From a virus (lineage: Duplodnaviria; Caudoviricetes), in the IMG/VR virus record IMGVR_UViG_3300044724_007630, positions 1-35,466 of that record: DNA of 35,466 bases; one strand, given 5' to 3'. Every line of letters starts with the position of its first letter. Positions within the stretch are counted from its first letter, which is position 1. A program made the translations under genes and the position numbers. Below, in pieces: positions 27,203 through 33,733 of the stretch. The notes under the pieces are model-generated. The model worked only from the letters and a program-made list of their open reading frames with translations. It had not been told where the DNA came from and searched no databases.

Positions 27203-28400
27203 CGGTGTCGTCTCCTTCTACTGGTCTACCGCCTTCATTTGGATTTGCTGCGCTGCCTGCAATATTTGCAGGTACTCGAAGATCATCATAACCTTCTACT
27301 GAATCAAACCCTAAATGGTTCCGTGCTTCGTTTGGAGTGATAACGCCAGCATTTACTAATGAAGTATAATACTGAGATTGGTCTCTTAACTCCGGCTGAA
27401 GAGCGGGAATGTCTGTAACATCTTCTTTTAACTCAAATCCAAAGAAACGTTCAAAAGCAAAGTTCATTTTGCGAACAATAGGTAAAACTGTTTCTAAGTA
27501 GTACATTCGCATATTAGGTCGAATATTTGCATTGTTTCCTGAGTCTAACATAATTGGGGGAATACCAAGTGATTTTAAAATTATTTTTTCATTTTCTGAA
27601 ATGGCACTTTGGAAATCTAATTCTTTAAAGTTTACATTTGCAAAAGAATCTATTTCTATACCGCCATCAAGAATAAGGGGTCTCCTTCCTCCTGCGTCTG
27701 GCTTATAACGAATACTCCAAGACTGTAACATTCTTTCTTTTATTTTCTCTGATAAAGTATTAGGACTTTTAAGTACTAGTCCAGGAACTGCACCGTTCTT
27801 AAAAAAGTTATCCTGAAAATCTCTCATACGCTTCATGAGAATCATTGTACGAAGAGCGGGCTTTAATCGTGAGACTCCTCTATAAATGGAGTAGAAAGAA
27901 TTATCTTTAATATGAATAATTTCACTTGGTTTATAATCAATCTTTTCGTTAAAAGTAAACTTTTGAATATAAGTGGTATCACTTGCGTGAATAACCATCT
28001 TACTAGAAGGTAAGTGGTATAAATGTACTCCATCAAAGTACACAAAGATATTACCATCTAGTAAGAAATCAGTAACAAGATTACGTCTGAACGTACTAAT
28101 GTCCTGAAAAGGGTTAGGTTCTTTGTTAAGAAGTAAAGAGACTCGCGATCTCTTTATGCCCTTTACTACACTCGCTAAATTCTGAATCTGAGGACCAACT
28201 GCAATAGGAATTTCTGCTGTATCGTCTACAATAAGATTTACGCCTCTGTTTACGATTTCAAGATCTTCATAGGCTCTTTCGTATCGGAAAGTAAATTCAC
28301 GAGACGATTCAGTTTTATGATCAAAGTAGGGCTGTGCAGGATTTAGTTTTTCTTCTAAATTCTCTGCGTTACGTCCTAAAAATTTATCATACCATGCCAT
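27195..28400 (-). CDS. Portal protein (HK97/T5 pb7 family)
   Basis: LLN..PNPFQ, LLDGNIF, EIIHIK, RGVSRL, FFKNGAVPG, ILDGG, GVITPNEAR motifs. Confidence 0.96.
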   Translation of the reverse strand: MAWYDKFLGRNAENLEEKLNPAQPYFDHKTESSREFTFRYERAYEDLEIVNRGVNLIVDDTAEIPIAVGPQIQNLASVVKGIKRSRVSLLLNKEPNPFQDISTFRRNLVTDFLLDGNIFVYFDGVHLYHLPSSKMVIHASDTTYIQKFTFNEKIDYKPSEIIHIKDNSFYSIYRGVSRLKPALRTMILMKRMRDFQDNFFKNGAVPGLVLKSPNTLSEKIKERMLQSWSIRYKPDAGGRRPLILDGGIEIDSFANVNFKELDFQSAISENEKIILKSLGIPPIMLDSGNNANIRPNMRMYYLETVLPIVRKMNFAFERFFGFELKEDVTDIPALQPELRDQSQYYTSLVNAGVITPNEARNHLGFDSVEGYDDLRVPANIAGSAANPNEGGRPVEGDDTDG

Positions 28401-28749
28401 GTTTTTCTCGTTGAATCTCTACCCAATTTTCTTGCTTCTTTGCGGTGCCAAGTCCTGGATTTCTGCCATAGACTTTGTGTAACTGCAAATGATGCGCATG
28501 ACACAAGGTAACTGTATGTTCGTATAACTCTGCCCAGTGTTTTTCTATGAATTCGTCTCTAAAAGATAAAATATTCTCTGGAAGTAACTTATTCTTTTTA
28601 ACATAAGTATGTACCAAAGGACTTAACGTATGAAAGTGGTGAAAATCTAGTTGGGATGTTTCTCCGCAAATGTAGCACTCAGTGCCTTTCTCATACTTAT
28701 TTTTTGCTTTATCTCTTATGTATTTTACGATGTCTCTTTTCAAATCCAT
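28387..28749 (-). CDS. HNH endonuclease, T5 nicking-endonuclease-like
   Basis: CYICG....LDFHHFH...TVTLCHAHHLQLHKVY...KQ..WV..Q; between TerL and portal as in T5. Confidence 0.85.
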   Translation of the reverse strand: MDLKRDIVKYIRDKAKNKYEKGTECYICGETSQLDFHHFHTLSPLVHTYVKKNKLLPENILSFRDEFIEKHWAELYEHTVTLCHAHHLQLHKVYGRNPGLGTAKKQENWVEIQREKHGMV

Positions 28750-28763
28750 TTTGTATTACCGAA

Positions 28764-28811
28764 AGTATATCTAATTTGAGGTGTTATGTCAAATACTATT
28801 TTTGACGAGGT
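28764..28811 (-). promoter_or_regulatory. sigma70-type promoter for nickase/portal/head genes
   Basis: TTGACA (28792-28787), 17 bp, TATACT (28769-28764); GTCAA-N9-TTGAC inverted repeat over the -35; ACCT (28811-28808). Confidence 0.88.
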
Positions 28812-28815
28812 GTCA

Positions 28816-30120
28816 TCAAAACCCGCTGTTGCTTGTTTCGAATGAATATAATGCGTATCGCAAAGCATCTGCCATATGTGATGCTCTATTGTGTTTTGGC
28901 TTTTCTTTTGCTAAGTTCGGATTAGGATCCCATTGATACTGATCTAAGGCCATAAGACTTTCACTACAAGTCTGACTTACAAATAAACTATCATTATCGA
29001 CTATACTTGCTACATGTGCAATTCCATCAAGTACGGATTTTTTAGCGTTGATGGTGCTAAGATCATAATTTTGTGCAAAGTCAAATCGAGTCTGCTGAGC
29101 AGCAGAGTCAATATAAATATAATCAATATCCCACTTATCCACCAACCTTTGTATCTCATGTGCGTGGTGCTCCGTAGTCCTCTCGGCATCTAAGTACTCG
29201 TCTAGAAGATAGTACTTTTGTTCGTCCCAGTCATATCCGATAACACAGAATGCGGTAGGATCTCGGTAACCGACATCCAAGCCAGCAAAAACATCCATTT
29301 TGTAAGTTTCCATTCCGTCACAGTTAATAATGCATTTTTGGTGATCAAAGTTCCACACTTGTCCCTCATAGATATTAAAGTCTGCTTCGTATTCTTGTTT
29401 GAACTCAGCTTCTGACATAGACTTTCGAGCTTCCTCAATGTCGCTTTCTGATATACGGGGATTGTCTTTATACGTTGCTTTAATTGAAACCCATTCTGGA
29501 AAATCATCTATAAATCCTCTATCAAAAAATTCAGAGAACCAATTATTTCGTCCTCGAGGTGTGGATATGAAAATTGCTTTAGAGTTGCCCTTATCCAAAG
29601 TAGGACGAAGAGCTACATTAAAAGCATCCTTGCCATCAGCAAGTGCCGCTTCGTCAAAGATAATTAAATCATAAGATCTACCAACACAAGAGTCAACCTG
29701 ATTTACAGAGCCCATTCGTATAGTAGAACCATTAGATAGTTCAATTACTTTGTCTTTTGCATTATCTTTTGTTACTTCTAAATCAAAATGCTTAATTAAA
29801 CCACGTTGTAGATCAAAAGAGATTTGAGAAAGAGAGTAGTTGGGAGACATAATTAAAATATTTGAGTTTGGAACAAGAGATACTAACTGTCCAATAATAT
29901 TCGCAATATATGTTTTTCCCTGTCTACGAGAAAGCGCAGCACAGACAAAACGATATTTAGGATTGTTAATAGCATTAATAATTGCTACCTGAGAAGGCAA
30001 GGGCTCAATACCAAGTAACTCCATGTAAGGCTCTACTTGAAGCTTTAAGTATCTGTCTTCTTGAACATACTCGAATAGATACTCTGACAGTATGTCTTGC
30101 CTACTAATTTGAATCGCCAT
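28816..30120 (-). CDS. terL: Terminase large subunit (T5-like)
   Basis: Walker A SRRQGKT, Walker B IIFDEAA, ISTPRG motif III, nuclease GLDVG..D and SHMADALRYA. Confidence 0.97.
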   Translation of the reverse strand: MAIQISRQDILSEYLFEYVQEDRYLKLQVEPYMELLGIEPLPSQVAIINAINNPKYRFVCAALSRRQGKTYIANIIGQLVSLVPNSNILIMSPNYSLSQISFDLQRGLIKHFDLEVTKDNAKDKVIELSNGSTIRMGSVNQVDSCVGRSYDLIIFDEAALADGKDAFNVALRPTLDKGNSKAIFISTPRGRNNWFSEFFDRGFIDDFPEWVSIKATYKDNPRISESDIEEARKSMSEAEFKQEYEADFNIYEGQVWNFDHQKCIINCDGMETYKMDVFAGLDVGYRDPTAFCVIGYDWDEQKYYLLDEYLDAERTTEHHAHEIQRLVDKWDIDYIYIDSAAQQTRFDFAQNYDLSTINAKKSVLDGIAHVASIVDNDSLFVSQTCSESLMALDQYQWDPNPNLAKEKPKHNRASHMADALRYALYSFETSNSGF

Positions 30121-30285
30121 TTAGTCTTGTCCCATTGATCTCGTTTTACTATATAGCCTACAGCTTTCAAGTTCTGTCAGCTCTTCTTCCAACTCATCAC
30201 CTGGCTTATTACGAATACTTTTTTTGTATTCTTCCACGAAAGTAAGGATATGTTTAGTATCTTGGCTAAGGTTGAGTTTTTCCAT
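30121..30285 (-). CDS. Hypothetical protein (54 aa; not in ORF track)
   Basis: MEKLNLSQDTKHILTFVEEYKKSIRNKPGDELEEELTELESCRLYSKTRSMGQD; fills the gap between the peptidase stop and the terL start. Confidence 0.75.
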   Translation of the reverse strand: MEKLNLSQDTKHILTFVEEYKKSIRNKPGDELEEELTELESCRLYSKTRSMGQD

Positions 30286-30286
30286 T

Positions 30287-30709
30287 TTACTTTTTCCAAA
30301 ATTTGCCTTGAATAAGTTTCTTTATTACTACAAGAGGTTTGTATGCGAATTTAAATGTCCATTCATATTTGGCATAGTCTTTTTCATATTCACTTTTTGT
30401 AGTCCACTTTCTTTTCCAGTTATCTACGTAAAGATCTCCATGTTTGAGTATAGCGTGTCCACCTACTGAAGTAGATATAAAACATACCTGGAACTCTTTC
30501 TTAAATAACATCTTTAAAAATTTAAGTCTACTTCTTCCTGCAAGAAGCCAAGCGACTGTTAAAGCATAGTCTTCACAATCGCCTTCGTCTTTTTCTGCAT
30601 CTACATCCAATACTCTCCAATAATCTGCTGCATTATATTGTTCTGTATCATACTGATACACAAAAAGATTATTAACTTTTTCTACTGCTTGGAATCTTGT
30701 TAAGTTCAT
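30287..30709 (-). CDS. Transglutaminase-like cysteine peptidase (BTLCP / LapG-like)
   Basis: DYW...GDCEDYA...GHAIL...YVDN, a Cys-His-Asp triad pattern; no signal peptide evident. Confidence 0.82.
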   Translation of the reverse strand: MNLTRFQAVEKVNNLFVYQYDTEQYNAADYWRVLDVDAEKDEGDCEDYALTVAWLLAGRSRLKFLKMLFKKEFQVCFISTSVGGHAILKHGDLYVDNWKRKWTTKSEYEKDYAKYEWTFKFAYKPLVVIKKLIQGKFWKK

Positions 30710-31014
30710 TGTTTTCCACTATAAGCATTGGCCCCAAAGAAAGCACTTACCAGAGCGGCTATAGCTACAAAGTAAGTGGGTGCTATATCTCCAATAATTT
30801 TTGCTGCACTTTCTAATCCGAAAAGACTGGTACAAAAAATGCCAAAAGGATAAAGTAACATTCCAAACAAAGCAAACCATGTCATCTTTCTCATGGCGTC
30901 ACGTTGAGCATCCTCGTCTTCTAGCTTCTTTCGTTTGAACTCAAGATGCATTGCTAATTCTTCGTCTGTAACTACACCGTCACCGTTTACGTCTGCTGGA
31001 TGATGTTCACTCAT
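30706..31014 (-). CDS. EF-hand-like loop plus two-TM membrane protein (possibly holin-like)
   Basis: DVNGDGVVTDEE calcium-loop pattern, charged helix, two hydrophobic segments. ATG 31014 is TAATG-coupled to the upstream stop. Confidence 0.7.
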   Translation of the reverse strand: MSEHHPADVNGDGVVTDEELAMHLEFKRKKLEDEDAQRDAMRKMTWFALFGMLLYPFGIFCTSLFGLESAAKIIGDIAPTYFVAIAALVSAFFGANAYSGKQ

Positions 31015-31322
31015 TACCACTTCACCTTATCTGCCCAATATGCTGCTGACATTTTGCCTTTGGCAATGTTCTTTGCATGACGAGCCTTGAAGCTTGCTCG
31101 CTTCTTTCTCATTGCTTCTGATTCTCCAGCTTTTGGCTTACCTGCTGTTTTAGCTCCTTGTTGACCAAAACGAATAGTCTTAACTTTTGAACCTACTTTT
31201 GCCACTACAATATGTGACTTTTTAGCATGTCCTGGAGTTCTTTTTGGTTTATTAAAACCAGAAACACCCGCACGTTTTACTGCCGGATGTTTTTTCTTAA
31301 CGCTTTTTCTTTTTACTGCCAC
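31014..31322 (-). CDS. Conserved basic phage protein (KKSHIV...IRFGQQG...SFKARH...AAYWA..VKW type)
   Basis: Very Lys/Arg-rich. GTG 31322 preceded by AAGGAAG. Motif recalled from many uncultured phages; function unknown. Confidence 0.75.
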   Translation of the reverse strand: MAVKRKSVKKKHPAVKRAGVSGFNKPKRTPGHAKKSHIVVAKVGSKVKTIRFGQQGAKTAGKPKAGESEAMRKKRASFKARHAKNIAKGKMSAAYWADKVKW

Positions 31323-31587
31323 GTTTCTTCCTTTTCGCAAACGTACTTACATACGTTGGCTTGCCTCCTGGATTGCCGGCGGCTCTTTTACGACGAATAG
31401 CGGATTTTCTTTGTGCTGGAGTCATTGACGATGCTTTAGAGGCAGGAACACACTTAGGATATTTCTTTTTTCCTGACTTGCTTCTTCCGCATTTTTCGAA
31501 ACCCCCGCCCTTCTTAGGACGGGAGATATCAACCCACTTTTCTCCAAACCATCTAGTTAACCCACCTGGTGGTTTGATTCCTGCCAT
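31297..31587 (-). CDS. Basic protein, GLTRWF.EKWVD...CGR...YPKC.P type (DUF5872-like C-terminal half)
   Basis: Motif recognised by eye; SD GGAG upstream; very Lys/Arg-rich. Confidence 0.75.
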   Translation of the reverse strand: MAGIKPPGGLTRWFGEKWVDISRPKKGGGFEKCGRSKSGKKKYPKCVPASKASSMTPAQRKSAIRRKRAAGNPGGKPTYVSTFAKRKKRGSKKKKR

Positions 31588-31616
31588 TTTAGTCTCCCGG
31601 ACTAACGCTTAGAAGG

Positions 31617-31778
31617 TCACTTCTTCTTTTTACCCTTCTTTTTCATAATTGCTTTTTGAAGTGCAGGGGGAAGTTTCTTTTGAGCAGCAGTTAAACCACC
31701 CATAGACTTCTTTTTACCCTTGCCTTTCTTAGCTGGACGTCCTCTTTTACTTCCGTAAGTTCCTTTTCCTCTTGGCAT
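31617..31778 (-). CDS. Lysine-rich 53-aa peptide with an AT-hook-like KRGRP (not in ORF track)
   Basis: MPRGKGTYGSKRGRPAKKGKGKKKSMGGLTAAQKKLPPALQKAIMKKKGKKKK; TAATG-coupled to the upstream gene; no acidic residues. Confidence 0.85.
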   Translation of the reverse strand: MPRGKGTYGSKRGRPAKKGKGKKKSMGGLTAAQKKLPPALQKAIMKKKGKKKK

Positions 31779-31960
31779 TACTTGCTCCCCATGCGGTACT
31801 TACCGCCTTTGGCTTTATAAGTTTTTACAAGCCATCCATTTGCATAAGCTGAAGGATATACTGCAAACTTCCGCTTTGCTTGAGCCTTTACTCTTGCATA
31901 GAGTTTTTTATTCGTCGGAACTGGCTTCTTCTTCGTTGTCTTCCTTTTCTTCACTGCCAT
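31778..31960 (-). CDS. Basic protein, LY.RVK..AK.KF..YPSAYA.GWLVK.YK..GG.Y type (DUF5872-like N-terminal half)
   Basis: Motif recognised by eye; SD GGAG upstream; no acidic residues. Confidence 0.78.
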   Translation of the reverse strand: MAVKKRKTTKKKPVPTNKKLYARVKAQAKRKFAVYPSAYANGWLVKTYKAKGGKYRMGSK

Positions 31961-32096
31961 CTACTTCTCCATACCAAGTAGCTCGGCCTTCTTTACCGGC
32001 CTTTTCGTATTCAAGGGCTTCTTCTTCTGTATCGAATCTATGTAGCCCAGTGTCGTCTTGTATTTGCCAGTGATCGACTTTTTTAAGTATAGTCAT
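31908..32096 (-). CDS. Small acidic hypothetical protein (62 aa)
   Basis: SD AAGGAG upstream of ATG 32096; F.TEEEA motif; 3' end overlaps the next gene by 53 bp. Confidence 0.7.
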   Translation of the reverse strand: MTILKKVDHWQIQDDTGLHRFDTEEEALEYEKAGKEGRATWYGEVDGSEEKEDNEEEASSDE

Positions 32097-32214
32097 TATT
32101 TACTCCTTTTGAGTGGGTAAAGTCGCAAGTACAGTCATAACAAATATCATTTATACAACTTTCGCAATTTTTACCGCAGTGACAGTCATGTCCACATTTT
32201 CCACACTTTTTCAT
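32083..32214 (-). CDS. Metallothionein-like Cys/His-rich peptide (43 aa; not in ORF track)
   Basis: MKKCGKCGHDCHCGKNCESCINDICYDCTCDFTHSKGVNNDYT with 9 Cys and 3 His; AGGAG 6 nt before the ATG; first gene after a consensus promoter. Confidence 0.8.
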   Translation of the reverse strand: MKKCGKCGHDCHCGKNCESCINDICYDCTCDFTHSKGVNNDYT

Positions 32215-32252
32215 AGTAGTCTCCTATGTGTTACTGTGCTGAATATACATCT

Positions 32253-32300
32253 ATTATAGAGCACATTATTTTAAATGTCAAGAAATTTTTTTGACTAGGT
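32253..32300 (-). promoter_or_regulatory. Perfect-consensus sigma70 promoter for the small-gene operon and terL
   Basis: TTGACA (32281-32276), 17 bp, TATAAT (32258-32253); GTCAA-N9-TTGAC inverted repeat; ACCT (32300-32297). Confidence 0.9.
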
Positions 32301-32305
32301 ATCGT

Positions 32306-32407
32306 TTACAAGAAAACTATGAGTCCTATAATAAAGCCTATGTTAAGACCTATAGAACATACCAAGAGAACATCTTTATAGAATCTATAACGTACATATT
32401 CGTACAT
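32306..32407 (-). CDS. 33-aa single-pass membrane peptide (not in ORF track)
   Basis: MYEYVRYRFYKDVLLVCSIGLNIGFIIGLIVFL; TGATG-coupled to the upstream gene; GxxxGxxxG helix. Confidence 0.7.
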   Translation of the reverse strand: MYEYVRYRFYKDVLLVCSIGLNIGFIIGLIVFL

Positions 32408-32865
32408 CAGTCTGCAAGGGGATTATCGAGAGCCCTCTGCAACTTATTTTCCAATCTCGTCTCTAGTTCCTTGATTTCTCTACTAGTGTCGGATGTTAAA
32501 GCGTCTCGTTTTGCTTCAAAACGTTCGCTCGCCTTATCTATCATATCTCGTACTTTTTCTTCTGAAGTACGAACTTTGTCTTCTGCTCTATCTGCCTGCT
32601 TTTCTATTCGCAGTATATCATCTTTAAGACCTGACTTAATGTCTCGAGTATATTCAATAGCGTCGTCAAGTTTTTGTTCAATTTGTATATTCCGGCTTTC
32701 AATTGCATCTATATCAATGTTCTGGACAATTTCTTTCATGTCCATATAGTCTGCGTAAAACTCGAAGGCAGCCCAGGAAGCACCGCCCAGAGTAGAAAGA
32801 GCTGTAAGAACTACAGCCATCTTTCCTCCCTTAAACGTCATTCCTGCTACTTCAAATTCTGCCAT
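32407..32865 (-). CDS. N-terminally membrane-anchored coiled-coil protein
   Basis: Hydrophobic segment at about residues 16-36, then a long heptad-rich charged helix ending ALDNPL. Confidence 0.8.
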   Translation of the reverse strand: MAEFEVAGMTFKGGKMAVVLTALSTLGGASWAAFEFYADYMDMKEIVQNIDIDAIESRNIQIEQKLDDAIEYTRDIKSGLKDDILRIEKQADRAEDKVRTSEEKVRDMIDKASERFEAKRDALTSDTSREIKELETRLENKLQRALDNPLAD

Positions 32866-33350
32866 TAGTTGTTTCCTGTTGCTATAACCGATTGCGGGTT
32901 TGGTAGAGTAGGTTCGTTGTCTCCTACAAATTTTAAGTTCCTGAGATTATTTAATTCTGCTTTTAACTTTTGTACTTCCATACGTTTCTTTTCTAACTCT
33001 AGCTTATATAGTGTATTGCAATTGATTCTTTCTTTGGGTCCTCCTATGGGGACCGTTATTCTAGCGTATACACTAACGTCTTTCTCTTGTCCTAAGGAAG
33101 GCGTATTTGTAGTATCGAAAGCATTATTAAATGGAGAATCATATCCCTCATTTAATATACCAACTACTCCAAACTCTAAACTAGTTGCGGATCCAATAGC
33201 ATTTTGACACTCTAAGCCATCTGCTCGTATTCTATCCGAAGCATAGCTTTGAGGGCTGCTAGGTAAGTTTAGGTTCAAAGAGCTCGTATCGGCTCTGACC
33301 TTCCCTGCAAGTACTAAAAAACACAGTACTGCGATTATAAAAAATTTCAT
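32865..33350 (-). CDS. Exported protein with Cys pair, beta region and C-terminal coiled coil
   Basis: Signal peptide MKFFIIAVLCFLVLAGKVRA; LEC...FGVVG...VYARITVPIG...INCN.LY.LE. Confidence 0.8.
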   Translation of the reverse strand: MKFFIIAVLCFLVLAGKVRADTSSLNLNLPSSPQSYASDRIRADGLECQNAIGSATSLEFGVVGILNEGYDSPFNNAFDTTNTPSLGQEKDVSVYARITVPIGGPKERINCNTLYKLELEKKRMEVQKLKAELNNLRNLKFVGDNEPTLPNPQSVIATGNN

Positions 33351-33355
33351 TTATT

Positions 33356-33733
33356 TCACTTTATTCTTGAACAAATTTTAGAAGATATAACAGAGGCTTC
33401 CTGCCCCGGTACCTTTAGTATCTTGGAAGTAGAGCATATAAATCTTGCTTTTTTAATATCTTCTTTACGAATATATACTTCTATCTTCTTTGAGCTTAAA
33501 TACTTTAATTTTAATATTTCATCACTGCTACCGAACCTAATTGGCTCCATATCATCTGATAGAACCGTAATCTGATAGTACTCTATCTCTTTTCGTTTAT
33601 TTAATAACTTCATCCTAGCCACGTAGATACCAGGTAAGTACGATGGAACTAACTCTGGATAAGCTGGGGTAAACTCATGAGAATAAACACTATTAGCTGT
33701 GAGTAATAATATAATTAAAAATATATATCTCAT
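33356..33733 (-). CDS. Exported protein resembling a single-domain PapD-like pilus chaperone
   Basis: Signal peptide, then HEFTP..PEL...KLLNK.....YQITV pattern and a C-terminal Cys pair. ATG 33733 is TAATG-coupled to the pilin-like gene. The gene is solid; the fold call is by eye. Confidence 0.55.
   Translation of the reverse strand: MRYIFLIILLLTANSVYSHEFTPAYPELVPSYLPGIYVARMKLLNKRKEIEYYQITVLSDDMEPIRFGSSDEILKLKYLSSKKIEVYIRKEDIKKARFICSTSKILKVPGQEASVISSKICSRIK

Noticed and set aside
28387-28749. HNH gene as a mobile homing endonuclease or intron
   Set aside because: Flanking genes are uninterrupted, and position and motifs match the T5 morphogenesis-linked nickase.
28802-32320. Divergent plus-strand promoters from TTGACG (28802) and TTGACT (32291)
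   Set aside because: No -10 hexamer at the expected spacing.
32306-32407. Periodic CTAT/CCTATA motifs as iterons or a mini-array
   Set aside because: Explained by Ile-Gly codons of a 33-aa membrane peptide on the minus strand.
32306-33350. Anchored coiled coil plus neighbour as an i-spanin/o-spanin lysis pair
   Set aside because: No clear lipobox in the neighbouring ORFs and no endolysin nearby; not fully excluded, but unsupported.
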